From the IMG/VR virus record IMGVR_UViG_3300020056_002272, positions 1-64,000 of that record: a stretch of 64,000 nt of DNA; one strand, written 5' to 3'. This document shows positions 8,072 to 17,774 of this stretch, piece after piece (within the stretch, counting starts at the first letter, position 1; each line of letters opens with the position of its first letter). The notes beneath the pieces are model-generated. The model was not told the origin of the DNA. It worked only from the letters and a program-made list of their open reading frames with translations, and did no database searches. The stretch is from a virus. A program made the translations under genes and the position numbers.

Positions 8072-8901
8072 CCTTTATCTTTGTCTAAACCTTCTCTCCG
8101 CATGGCTGCTTCCCATTCGCCATGGTGTAATCTAGTATGACTTGGATTAAGATCGTTCATTTCTAGAATATCATCTCTTATATTTTGATTGCGTTTTTCT
8201 AAGTTAATAACTCTAACAAAACTGTTGGTTACTGCCGCAGTGTAATATGCAAATGGATTATTAGATTTTGATTCGTCAAATTGTAAACCAATTTGTGATA
8301 GTTGTAAAATAGCCTGGCCCTTCATTTCGTCGTTGTATGTGTAGCCTCTAACATTTCCTCTTGTGGCATATCTATCAACTAATTTCATCCACATACGTGC
8401 CAGTTCATTTGTTGCTTTGCCGTGATCTAAACTAAAATATCCGTTTTCCATGCCGCCTTCCCAGTGACTTTTACCAACGCAAACCAACTGATCGTTTTCA
8501 TCAAATTTATAATGTTGAAATGGCGGAAAGTTTAATTTTACTTTTGTATCTGCTATAGTTTTAGGATTTTTCTTGCGTCCAGGTTCTTCGGGTATATGAT
8601 CAAATGTCATTATGCGAAAAATTAGATCAGTTTTTTGTATAGTTCTATAGTCAACTTCAAATTCTACTTGTTTTACTTTTTTATTTACAGCTTTTGCTTC
8701 TTCATATGCAACTGTTGATTGTTTTTTTGCTTTGTTTCGCTTTGCTTCTGCAATAGTTCGTATGTTAATTTTATCTATACTGGGCAAAATTATATCAAAA
8801 GTAGCATATGCTGGATCAACATAGCTACAAAATGTGCTTTTGCTCTTGTGTATTTCTTTCAACATGTCTTTGTTGTTTAAATAATTTACTTTTCTGGCCA
8901 T
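8068..8901 (-). CDS. gp55: Late transcription sigma factor, T4 gp55-like
   Basis: NYLNNKDML, YTYNDEM and FDESKSNNPFAYYT motifs; T4-like synteny gp55-gp47-gp46. Confidence 0.85.
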   Translation of the reverse strand: MARKVNYLNNKDMLKEIHKSKSTFCSYVDPAYATFDIILPSIDKINIRTIAEAKRNKAKKQSTVAYEEAKAVNKKVKQVEFEVDYRTIQKTDLIFRIMTFDHIPEEPGRKKNPKTIADTKVKLNFPPFQHYKFDENDQLVCVGKSHWEGGMENGYFSLDHGKATNELARMWMKLVDRYATRGNVRGYTYNDEMKGQAILQLSQIGLQFDESKSNNPFAYYTAAVTNSFVRVINLEKRNQNIRDDILEMNDLNPSHTRLHHGEWEAAMRREGLDKDKG

Positions 8902-8922
8902 TTATGGTATACCTTTTTTAAT

Positions 8923-8951
8923 ATAATAAACTATGTGTTTAATTTTGTCAA
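8923..8951 (-). promoter_or_regulatory. Sigma70-type promoter for the gp55-like gene
   Basis: TTGACA-17 nt-TATTAT on the minus strand. Confidence 0.7.
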
Positions 8952-8958
8952 CTAAATA
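8951..8958 (+). promoter_or_regulatory. Late-type promoter (ACTAAATA) for the baseplate operon
   Basis: TAAATA followed by CTGTATAGGAG (RBS) and ATG 8976. Confidence 0.6.
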
Positions 8959-8975
8959 CTGTATAGGAGATTGTA

Positions 8976-9821
8976 ATGCCCGAACCATATGATTATAGAG
9001 ATAGATATCCCCAGGTAGCAGAAGAAGACTTATCTAGGATACAAATTATAGAACAAACCGACGGCGCTGCTGCGGCTCGTGCTGAAATACAAAGATTAAA
9101 CGGTAGCGGTAACCGACGCAGCATTGCAACCACAGATATTGCAGATGTAATTGGTGATGTTACCAATCTAATGAGTGTTTGGCGAAGAAGAAATGTTCCG
9201 CCTACATTGAGACAACCTATTTCTGCGGCTGCTCCTGTAAAATTTGCAGATGAAGGCGGAGGAACAACTGATTGGCGTGTAAAAATAAGCAATCCTTTCG
9301 GCGGCAGCGGAGTTTTAGCTCCACTTAAAGGAGCACTTACTTTTCCTATACAACCGCAAATTACAATACAACATCAAGCTAACTACGATGAAGTTGCACC
9401 TATACATAATAATTATGCTTTTCCGGCATATCAGAACAGTAGTCTTGGACAAATTACTGTAGTTGGTGATTTTCCAGTGCAACATCAAGAAGATGGATTA
9501 TATTGGATTGCTGCAACACACATGTTACGAAGTGCAACCAAAATGTATTATGGAAATAGTTCTAACAAAGGCGCACCACCTCCTATTGTTAAATTAAATG
9601 GCTATGGACAATATACATTAAACAATATTCCTTGTTTGGTTGAAAATTTTACTACTGATTTGCCAAACGGAGTTGATTATATTAAAGCAGGCGGGACATG
9701 GGTGCCAACTGACAGTGTTATTTCTGTAGTATTGAAGCCAGTCTACAGCAGAGACAAGGTAAACAGATTCAGTTTAGATGCATTTGCATCCGGCGGATTA
9801 ATTAGTCAAGGATACATTTAA
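8976..9821 (+). CDS. Baseplate / tail-tube initiator-like structural protein
   Basis: FPIQPQI, GAPPPIVKLNGYG, PCLVENF; located before gp53. Confidence 0.6.
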   Translation: MPEPYDYRDRYPQVAEEDLSRIQIIEQTDGAAAARAEIQRLNGSGNRRSIATTDIADVIGDVTNLMSVWRRRNVPPTLRQPISAAAPVKFADEGGGTTDWRVKISNPFGGSGVLAPLKGALTFPIQPQITIQHQANYDEVAPIHNNYAFPAYQNSSLGQITVVGDFPVQHQEDGLYWIAATHMLRSATKMYYGNSSNKGAPPPIVKLNGYGQYTLNNIPCLVENFTTDLPNGVDYIKAGGTWVPTDSVISVVLKPVYSRDKVNRFSLDAFASGGLISQGYI

Positions 9822-10123
9822 TGGTAGAATATGCAAAGTCCAGTCCTTATTTCAAAACAAAGTTTCTTGAAAGCGGCGAATTAGGAGTATTAGAACCAAG
9901 AGAAGTGCCAAGCAGTGACGATGATGCACTTTATACCATAGAAAGTCAATATACCCATCGTCCAGATTTGCTAGCGTATGACATTTATGGTAGTGCAAAG
10001 TATTGGTGGGTATTTGCACAGCGAAATATGGATACAATTAAAGATCCAATCTATGATTTTAAAGCAGGTATAAGCATTTACTTGCCTAATGAAAGCGAAT
10101 TGAAAAAAGCGATAGGACAATAA
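9821..10123 (+). CDS. gp53: Baseplate wedge protein (LysM-like)
   Basis: RPDLLAYDIYGSAKYWWVFAQRN motif. Confidence 0.8.
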   Translation: MVEYAKSSPYFKTKFLESGELGVLEPREVPSSDDDALYTIESQYTHRPDLLAYDIYGSAKYWWVFAQRNMDTIKDPIYDFKAGISIYLPNESELKKAIGQ

Positions 10124-12009
10124 TGCCAAAACCTAATCCGTTGAATGTATATGCAAGTTACAATAATATTTTTACCTTTGGTTGCTTGGACAAAGGACAA
10201 ATTAACGGCGGCGCCCGTCAAGCACCTGCAAATGTCATACTAAAATCAGGCGGAACTGCCGGAGAAAACAAAGTTACCACTTTGAACGAAGCAGCAGCAG
10301 GAATAAATGCCGAATATTTCATTGATAATGTTAGCATGGACAGTATTATTATTCCCACAGAAGGAACAAGAACATCAAATGCTACAAATCTTTCGTTTGA
10401 AGTTATTGAACCATACAGCATGGGTGAATTTTTACAGGCTTGTAAACTGGCAGCAACAGAACTAGGATATACCAATTATCTAGATGCTGGATTTATGTTT
10501 ATGATAGAATTTGTAGGTTGGGATGACAATGGCGGATTCATAGGCAGTGGACAAAATACTAGATACATTCCAGTTAAATTAGTAAACATCACCTTCAATG
10601 TTGATCACCGTGGATCAGTTTACCAAGTTGAATGCATTCCGTGGAATGAGCAAGCTCTAGCAGATCAAACTGAACAGGTAATGACGGATATTTCTATCAC
10701 AGGAAAAGATGTTGAAACTGTGCTTGAAAAAGGCGAAGAAAGTTTAGCAACTATTTTGAATGCAAGATTTGAAGAGTTAAAACAAGAAAACAAAGTCAAA
10801 GAAGGCAACAAATACAAATTTGAATTTCCGCAAGATATTCCAAATGAAATACCTACATCTTTTATAATCAGTGGATTCAATGAAGGCGGCAATGCTCCGA
10901 TGCAAGATACACAAGATGTATTGCAAGACGGTGTAATTGCACAAGAAGAAGCTATTATTCACAATGAAAACAGGAGATTTGAATTTCCAGCATCTACAAA
11001 AATCAGTAGGATAATAGAAGAAGTTGTTATTGCTAGTGACTATGGTAAAGAACTGAAAGACAGAGCACCTGACGGTAACGGAATGGTGCCGTGGTTTAGG
11101 ATTGAAACACAAGTTAAATTTTTAATGAGTAGTGCGCAAGAAGGTGTATACAATGAAGATGCAAAAGAGTATATTTTTAGGATTATACCATATCTAGTTC
11201 ATCATACAATCTTAGCAAAGCCCAATGATGCAGGTAAAGGATATGGCAGTTTACGAGGACAAGCAGTAAAAGAATACAATTACATTTACACTGGCGAAAA
11301 TTCTGATATACTTGATTTTGAAATCCAAATAAATTCAGGATTTTTTACAATGGTAAACTCAGACCATAGTCAAGGCAACCTAGATGATGCAGGCGCACAA
11401 GCAGTAGAGCGCACAGCTTTAGAAATTCAAGAAAGATTTAGACCAAGCGAAGCGTCTCCACAAAATAGCGAAAATGGCGGCGGTATAATGAGAAATTTAA
11501 ACACTACTGCGGTTATGGGCGGCGGTGGCCTAGGTATTGACAATGACAAATTAAGAGTTGCAGCCGAATTCCATACAAATGTTTTACAGGGCGGTGTAGA
11601 TCTTGTTATTTTAGACTTAACAATTCATGGAGATCCTTATTTTATAGCCGACAGTGGAATGGGCAATTACACAGCAGGAATAGCAAGTTTGAATGAAACT
11701 AGCGACGGAACAGTAAATTATCAAACTAGCGAAGTTGATATATTGCTAACATTCAAAACAATTATTGATTACAATGAAAACGGAAATGTCACTTTTAGTG
11801 TTGTTCCTGCTTATAGTGGATTATATAAAGTTACAATGCTGTCAAATAATTGGCAAGGAAATAAATTTTCGCAAACTTTGAAACTTATAAGACGAAGATT
11901 GCAAGACGAGCAACAGATATCAGGTGGCGGAGAGGACAACAGCGTTACAACTGCTATTCCTCAAGAAGAAACACAAGCGAATTATCGTTTGGATACAGTA
12001 AACCCATAA
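10123..12009 (+). CDS. Baseplate hub protein (gp27/GpD-like)
   Basis: LTIHGDP and YSGLYKV...FSQTLKL motifs; lies between gp53 and gp5. Confidence 0.65.
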   Translation: MPKPNPLNVYASYNNIFTFGCLDKGQINGGARQAPANVILKSGGTAGENKVTTLNEAAAGINAEYFIDNVSMDSIIIPTEGTRTSNATNLSFEVIEPYSMGEFLQACKLAATELGYTNYLDAGFMFMIEFVGWDDNGGFIGSGQNTRYIPVKLVNITFNVDHRGSVYQVECIPWNEQALADQTEQVMTDISITGKDVETVLEKGEESLATILNARFEELKQENKVKEGNKYKFEFPQDIPNEIPTSFIISGFNEGGNAPMQDTQDVLQDGVIAQEEAIIHNENRRFEFPASTKISRIIEEVVIASDYGKELKDRAPDGNGMVPWFRIETQVKFLMSSAQEGVYNEDAKEYIFRIIPYLVHHTILAKPNDAGKGYGSLRGQAVKEYNYIYTGENSDILDFEIQINSGFFTMVNSDHSQGNLDDAGAQAVERTALEIQERFRPSEASPQNSENGGGIMRNLNTTAVMGGGGLGIDNDKLRVAAEFHTNVLQGGVDLVILDLTIHGDPYFIADSGMGNYTAGIASLNETSDGTVNYQTSEVDILLTFKTIIDYNENGNVTFSVVPAYSGLYKVTMLSNNWQGNKFSQTLKLIRRRLQDEQQISGGGEDNSVTTAIPQEETQANYRLDTVNP

Positions 12010-12018
12010 GGATAAAAA

Positions 12019-13641
12019 ATGGCAGTTGAAAACATCAGTAAGAATACAATACAACGCACTGTCGACAATGGCAGAGATCTTGGCAAACCAGGACCATATC
12101 TAGGGCGTGTAATTGAACATGTAGATCCAACATATAGAGGCGGGTTGCGTGTAGAGTTGTTAAAATTGACAGAAGCAGGCAACGTAGGCGAAACCCTAGG
12201 ACAAACTGTTCAAGCATACTATGCTAGTCCATTTTATGGTATGGCAAATTCTGTAAGAGGACCAGGACAAAATGATACGTGGGATGATACGCAAAAAAGT
12301 TATGGTTTTTGGATGGTGCCGCCGGATCCTGGCACGTTGGTATTGGTTACTTTTGTAGAAGGTAGAAGAGATCATGCATATTGGTTTGCTTGTGTTCCAG
12401 AGCGCGGAATGACATTTAATATTCCTAACACAGATGCCAGCACAGAAGTTAAATCAGGAATAATTCCCGGCGGTGGCCCTAGATTGCCAACAGGCGAATA
12501 CAACAAACATATTACTGAAGCAACTAGTCAAAATATTAGAAAATATAAAAAGCCTGTGCATGACGAATATGTAGAGCTATTGATTGAACAAGGACTTGTA
12601 GAGGATGATATTAGAGGTATAAGTTCGACCAGTGCGCAACGTGACTTGCCTAGTGCAGTGTTTGGGTTTAGCAGTCCGGGGCCTCTAGACAAGCGCGGCG
12701 GTAAACCTAAAGGCAAAGTTGGGATAAAAGAAAAGAAAGTAGAAATGCATACAAGCCGCTTAGGAAGCAGCAGTATTTTTATTGATGACGGAGATGACAA
12801 ACTGCTACGTGCAGGCAAAGCAGCAGACACGCCATACGAATATTTAGATGCGCCTGCTGGCGATGTCACAGTTCCTCACAATGAAATGATTAGGCTTAAG
12901 ACCAGAACAGGCGCACAAATATTAATGCATACTAGCGAGGATTTGATCTACATTAATAACAGCAGAGGCACTGCTTGGTTGGAGATGACCAGTAATGGTA
13001 AAATAGATATTTACGCAGACGACAGTATTAGCATTCACAGTGAGCAAGATCTTAATATAGTTGCTGATAGAGATGTGAATATTGAAGCAGGTAGAAGTAT
13101 CAATATTAATGCTGTAGAAAATCAATATAATACTGTCGGCAAAAACATGGAAAATCGTGTAGGAGAAACATTCAAGGCTAGTGCAGCAAAAAATGTCGAA
13201 TTGTATGCAGGCGAAAATCTAAATTTATACGGCACTGGTGGTATGGAAGGGATTGCAGGATCAGGCGATATGAAACTGCAAGTTGGAGGCAACATGGAGA
13301 TATTGGTTGGTTCTACAACAAAAATTACCAGCGGCGGTAATTTTGAAGCATTGACATCAGGCAATCATATAGAAACAGCAACAGAAATCCACATGAACGG
13401 ACCAGAAGCATCAGCAGCAAGTGCAGCAACTCAAGCAACTGTAGCTGTATCGGCAGCATTTCCGCAGCGTGTTCCACAACACGAGCCATGGAAAGGACAT
13501 GAGAATTGGAATCCGCCAGCAGTAACTCCAGACAAGACAGAAGCCGTTGCTGAAAGCCAAGATGTTCATTTTTCTCATAGAAAAGGTCCAGGCGACAGAT
13601 CACCAATTGACGGTCCAGACAAGCCAACTATTGTGGAATAA
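12019..13641 (+). CDS. gp5: Baseplate central spike, gp5/VgrG-like (OB fold plus beta-helix, no lysozyme domain)
   Basis: DPTYRGGLRV, SYGFWMVPPDPGTLVLV, IRLKTRTGAQI, short beta-helix repeats, RVPQHEPW. Confidence 0.8.
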   Translation: MAVENISKNTIQRTVDNGRDLGKPGPYLGRVIEHVDPTYRGGLRVELLKLTEAGNVGETLGQTVQAYYASPFYGMANSVRGPGQNDTWDDTQKSYGFWMVPPDPGTLVLVTFVEGRRDHAYWFACVPERGMTFNIPNTDASTEVKSGIIPGGGPRLPTGEYNKHITEATSQNIRKYKKPVHDEYVELLIEQGLVEDDIRGISSTSAQRDLPSAVFGFSSPGPLDKRGGKPKGKVGIKEKKVEMHTSRLGSSSIFIDDGDDKLLRAGKAADTPYEYLDAPAGDVTVPHNEMIRLKTRTGAQILMHTSEDLIYINNSRGTAWLEMTSNGKIDIYADDSISIHSEQDLNIVADRDVNIEAGRSININAVENQYNTVGKNMENRVGETFKASAAKNVELYAGENLNLYGTGGMEGIAGSGDMKLQVGGNMEILVGSTTKITSGGNFEALTSGNHIETATEIHMNGPEASAASAATQATVAVSAAFPQRVPQHEPWKGHENWNPPAVTPDKTEAVAESQDVHFSHRKGPGDRSPIDGPDKPTIVE

Positions 13642-13644
13642 ATA
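13637..13644 (+). promoter_or_regulatory. Late-type promoter AATAAATA
   Basis: Followed by TGTATAGGAG RBS and ATG 13661. Confidence 0.6.
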
Positions 13645-13660
13645 TGTATAGGAGATGTAA

Positions 13661-13822
13661 ATGGGAACGCCAAAGATATACAAGCCAGTAGACTCCAGCG
13701 GTCGAGAAGGAAAAACAGAACCTGAGCGCACAAAAATACTAGATCCAACTGGTGCACCTGTTACAATTACCAAAGATACTTTTAACAGAGGTCCAGCATC
13801 AGCACCTCCTCCAAGGGAATAA
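13661..13822 (+). CDS. 53-aa Pro-rich hypothetical protein (not in ORF track)
   Basis: MGTPKIYKPVDSSGREGKTEPERTKILDPTGAPVTITKDTFNRGPASAPPPRE; AGGAG RBS; fills the gp5-gp25 gap exactly. Confidence 0.7.
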   Translation: MGTPKIYKPVDSSGREGKTEPERTKILDPTGAPVTITKDTFNRGPASAPPPRE

Positions 13823-13825
13823 ATT

Positions 13826-14260
13826 ATGGCAACACGTGATAGAGATTTATACAAAACAACTACAATCAACGGCAGTGTAAAAAAAGCGCCTGTATCTAAG
13901 CGTTATAGAGGAACCAGCACAGTAAGCAATGCAGGATCCTTTTCGTTGTTTGATTTACCTTTGATAAAACAAGATATAGTCAATCATTTCCACATACGTC
14001 AAGGTGAAAAATTAGAAAATCCTACTTTTGGCACAATTATTTGGGATATATTGTTTGAACCTCTAACTGAAGCCCTTAAAGATGCAATAATAAAAGATGT
14101 AGAAAGAATTGTAAATTATGATCCACGAGTTAGCGCCGACTCTGTGTTGATAGATGCTTATGAAACCGGTATACAAATAACATGCGAACTTACATATTTG
14201 CCATACAATATTAGCGAAACATTGTCATTACAATTCGATCAAAGAGCCGGCCTCGTTTAA
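13826..14260 (+). CDS. gp25: Baseplate wedge subunit
   Basis: IRQGEKLENPTFGTIIWDILFEP and YDPRV motifs. Confidence 0.88.
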   Translation: MATRDRDLYKTTTINGSVKKAPVSKRYRGTSTVSNAGSFSLFDLPLIKQDIVNHFHIRQGEKLENPTFGTIIWDILFEPLTEALKDAIIKDVERIVNYDPRVSADSVLIDAYETGIQITCELTYLPYNISETLSLQFDQRAGLV

Positions 14261-14281
14261 ACAGCGCACTTTATTAATTCA

Positions 14282-14289
14282 GATAAATA
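14282..14289 (+). promoter_or_regulatory. Late-type promoter GATAAATA
   Basis: Intergenic, upstream of the gp6-like gene. Confidence 0.6.
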
Positions 14290-14312
14290 TCATATAAAGC
14301 AAGGATAAACCT

Positions 14313-17300
14313 ATGGGTAGCACAGAGCGTCAAAATCGACTTCTTCTAGCAGAAGATTGGAAAAGAATATATCAAAGTTTCAAGTATGCAGATTTTCAAA
14401 GCTATGACTTTGACAATCTACGTAGAACAATGATTAACTACATTAGACAGAACTATCCAGAAGATTTTAACGACTACATTGAAAGCAGTGAATACCTTGC
14501 ACTTATCGATCTTATTGCTTTCCTTGGACAAAATTTATCATTCCGTGCAGATTTAAATGCTAGAGAAAATTATTTAGAAACTGCTGAACGTAGAGAAAGC
14601 ATATTGCGTCTAGCCAGACTTATAAGCTACAACGTTAAACGAAATAGACCAGCTAACGGTTTGTTAAAAGTTGATAGTGTGACTACAACTGAGCGTATTG
14701 TCGACAGTAACGGAGTAAATCTTGCAGGACAAAGTATACAATGGAATGACAGCACTAATAGTGATTGGTTTGAGCAATTTACCAAAATTATAAATGCAGC
14801 ATTGCCAGTTACAAATCCATTTGGAAGACCTTTGAAACTTGAAAAGATTGAAGGTATTTCAACAGAACAATATAGACTTAATTCTAACAGCACAAATATT
14901 CCTGTGTATTCTTTTAACAAACCTATTAATAGTGTAGGAACTAATTTTGAAATTACTAGTTCAAATATAACCGACCAGGAAATATATGAAGAACCACCTT
15001 TGCCAACAAACAAACTTGCGTTTTTATATAGAGATGATGGCAAAGGACCAGGCAGTAACAATACAGGATTCTTTTTTCATTTTAGACAGGGCGAATTAGA
15101 AAACGAAACGTTTAATGTCGAAACAAGTGTGCCTAACACAACTATTAACATTGATTCTGATAATATCAACAACAGCGATATTTGGCTTTATAAATTAGAC
15201 AGCAGCGGTTTTGAAAACGAGCTGTGGGAAAAAGTAGACAATGTAGAAGGCAATAATATAATTTATAATAGCCTACAAAAAGGCATTAGAAGTATCTATA
15301 CAGTTCTTACAAAAATCAATGATAGAGTTAGCCTAGTGTTCAGTGACGGAACATTTGGAGAAATTCCAAAAGGCAATTTTCGTGTTTATTACAGAACCAG
15401 TGATAACAGAGAATTCACAATAAATCCTAGAGATTTATTTGGAATAAATTTACGTATTGCATATACTAGCAAAGCAAACAAAACAGAAACTTTGAATCTA
15501 GTGCTATCACTCAAAGAAAGCATAGACAATGCAGCCGAAAGCGAATCTGACGACACAATTAAACAAAATGCTCCTGCCACTTATTATACACAAAATAGAT
15601 TAATCACAGGCGAGGATTACAATATTGGCGCACTTAATGTGCTACAAGATATTATTAAAACCAAAGCAGTAAACAGAACTAGCAGCGGAATAAGTAGGTA
15701 TTACGATCTGCGTGATGCAAGTGGAAAATATAGTAATACATTGTTGTATGGCAATGACGGTATATTATATAAAGAATTGATAGATAAAGATCAATCATTT
15801 GAATTTGTTACAAAAACAGATATCGAAGGAGTGGTCGAAAATCAAATAGAACCTGTGTTAAGAGACAACAGGCTGAAAAATTATTATTATGATAATTTTC
15901 CTCGTAACGAACAAATTGCTAATTTGAATATAAAATGGAACTCTATATCTTTTGATACAAATAGAAGCACAGGATTGTTTAAAGACTCAAATGATTTTGA
16001 AGTGCAAGTATCTAGTTTTACCACAAGCATTCTCAAATTCATCGAACCTGGTAGTTTGATAAAATTCTCTGCTCCGGATAATTTTCATTTTATGGATGAT
16101 AACACACTTATGGCAGGCTCAGCAGATCACCTAGGATCAAGAGATTACATATGGGTAAAAGTTATTAGTGTTGACGAAGACGGAACGGTTATCGATCCAG
16201 ATACAGGGCTTGGTCCAATTGTGCTAAATGATAGAGTTCCAGACAATTGTAAGATCGAAGAAATTATACCAATATTTAATGACGAATTGTCAACCGATGT
16301 AACAAGACAATTTATTGATCAAGTTTTTGCATATAGAACTTTTGGGTTGCGTTACGACACAAATTTAAGACAATGGCGACTTATTATTAATGAAAACTTA
16401 AATGTTACCGATGATTTCAGTTTAGGCAAGCAAGGAGATGTAACTGGCGAAAGTTTAGATAGCAGCTGGTTGTTACTCTTCGAAACAGACGGAAGAAAAT
16501 ATAGTGTAAAAAGCAGAGGAACACGATATGTATTTGAAAGTGATACTGAAATTAAGTTTTTCTTTGATAGCACAGATGACATTTACGATAGTAAAACAGG
16601 GCGTATAGTAAAAGACACAATAAAACTTTTAAGTGTAAACACACAACCTGATAGCCTTTCACCTTTCACTGTGGATTGGACATGGAAGATAGACAAGGAA
16701 TATAAAAACGTTGCAGGTTACATTAACAGCAAAAAAATAGAAGTTTCATTTTTTGATTCAGATGACGACGGTGTTGTTGATGATCCTGACGTATTTGACC
16801 ATGTGATTGCTCCAGCAACTAATACAAATACAAAATACATCTTCCAAAAACGTTCAGTAATCAATAGAACAGAAACCTATTCATATGTAGATGCTATTGA
16901 AGAAAATATTTCGGTGATTGATTCTGAAACCAACGCTAATCCGTTGAGTCAATGGGCCGACGGCAAAGTTTTTTATATTCCTTTACGAGATGTATTTTTA
17001 GTTTATAATTCTTCTCAAAATAAATTAAATTATACTAATCAATATCATGCATATATTGGGCGTGATGATTTGAAGTTTGAATATAGTCATGCTGCGGACG
17101 AAAATGCTAGGATAGATCCTAGTAGCAGTAATATAATAGATGTATATCTTTTGACCCAAGCGTATGATACTAATTATAGAAATTGGTTGCAAGGAAAAAC
17201 TACATTAATGCCTTTGCCGCCTAGTAGTGATAGCTTATTCTTACAATATGGACAAGATATAAACAAAATAAAAAGTATTAGCGATGATGTAATTTACCAT

Positions 17301-17774
17301 CCGACAAAATACAAACCTTTGTTTGGGAGTAAAGCCGACGTGGATTTACAAGCAAGTTTTAAAATAGTAAAAAACAGTGGAAGAGTAGTAAACGACAACG
17401 ATGTAAAATCAAGAGTAATTGATGCAATCAATACTTATTTTGCATTAGAAAATTGGGATTTTGGAGAAACATTTTATTTCCAAGAACTAGCTGCTTATAT
17501 AACCAATCAATTAGCGCCAGATATTGTAAGTGTGGTAATTGTTCCTACTGCTGCAAATCAAGTGTTTGGTAGTTTGTTTGAAATAAAAAGCGAAAATGAT
17601 GAAATATTTGTTAGTGCCGCAACTGTTGATGATGTGGAAATTATTGACGCTATTACAGCGAGCAGATTACAAGCTAATGGCGAAGTAGTAACAAGTGACC
17701 CTAGTTTAAATACTGGAGTGCAGAGTGAAACTGCAAACGAAAGCATTATTATAACAAGCACAGGAAACTATTAA
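14313..17774 (+). CDS. gp6: Baseplate wedge subunit
   Basis: DFDNLR...YPEDFNDY, ENYLETAERRESILRLA, FSDGTFGEIP, TQNRLITGEDY. Confidence 0.85.
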   Translation: MGSTERQNRLLLAEDWKRIYQSFKYADFQSYDFDNLRRTMINYIRQNYPEDFNDYIESSEYLALIDLIAFLGQNLSFRADLNARENYLETAERRESILRLARLISYNVKRNRPANGLLKVDSVTTTERIVDSNGVNLAGQSIQWNDSTNSDWFEQFTKIINAALPVTNPFGRPLKLEKIEGISTEQYRLNSNSTNIPVYSFNKPINSVGTNFEITSSNITDQEIYEEPPLPTNKLAFLYRDDGKGPGSNNTGFFFHFRQGELENETFNVETSVPNTTINIDSDNINNSDIWLYKLDSSGFENELWEKVDNVEGNNIIYNSLQKGIRSIYTVLTKINDRVSLVFSDGTFGEIPKGNFRVYYRTSDNREFTINPRDLFGINLRIAYTSKANKTETLNLVLSLKESIDNAAESESDDTIKQNAPATYYTQNRLITGEDYNIGALNVLQDIIKTKAVNRTSSGISRYYDLRDASGKYSNTLLYGNDGILYKELIDKDQSFEFVTKTDIEGVVENQIEPVLRDNRLKNYYYDNFPRNEQIANLNIKWNSISFDTNRSTGLFKDSNDFEVQVSSFTTSILKFIEPGSLIKFSAPDNFHFMDDNTLMAGSADHLGSRDYIWVKVISVDEDGTVIDPDTGLGPIVLNDRVPDNCKIEEIIPIFNDELSTDVTRQFIDQVFAYRTFGLRYDTNLRQWRLIINENLNVTDDFSLGKQGDVTGESLDSSWLLLFETDGRKYSVKSRGTRYVFESDTEIKFFFDSTDDIYDSKTGRIVKDTIKLLSVNTQPDSLSPFTVDWTWKIDKEYKNVAGYINSKKIEVSFFDSDDDGVVDDPDVFDHVIAPATNTNTKYIFQKRSVINRTETYSYVDAIEENISVIDSETNANPLSQWADGKVFYIPLRDVFLVYNSSQNKLNYTNQYHAYIGRDDLKFEYSHAADENARIDPSSSNIIDVYLLTQAYDTNYRNWLQGKTTLMPLPPSSDSLFLQYGQDINKIKSISDDVIYHPTKYKPLFGSKADVDLQASFKIVKNSGRVVNDNDVKSRVIDAINTYFALENWDFGETFYFQELAAYITNQLAPDIVSVVIVPTAANQVFGSLFEIKSENDEIFVSAATVDDVEIIDAITASRLQANGEVVTSDPSLNTGVQSETANESIIITSTGNY

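Noticed and set aside
13575-13869. Minus-strand ORFs 13575..13757 and 13600..13869
   Set aside because: The plus-strand 53-aa ORF with promoter and RBS explains this interval.
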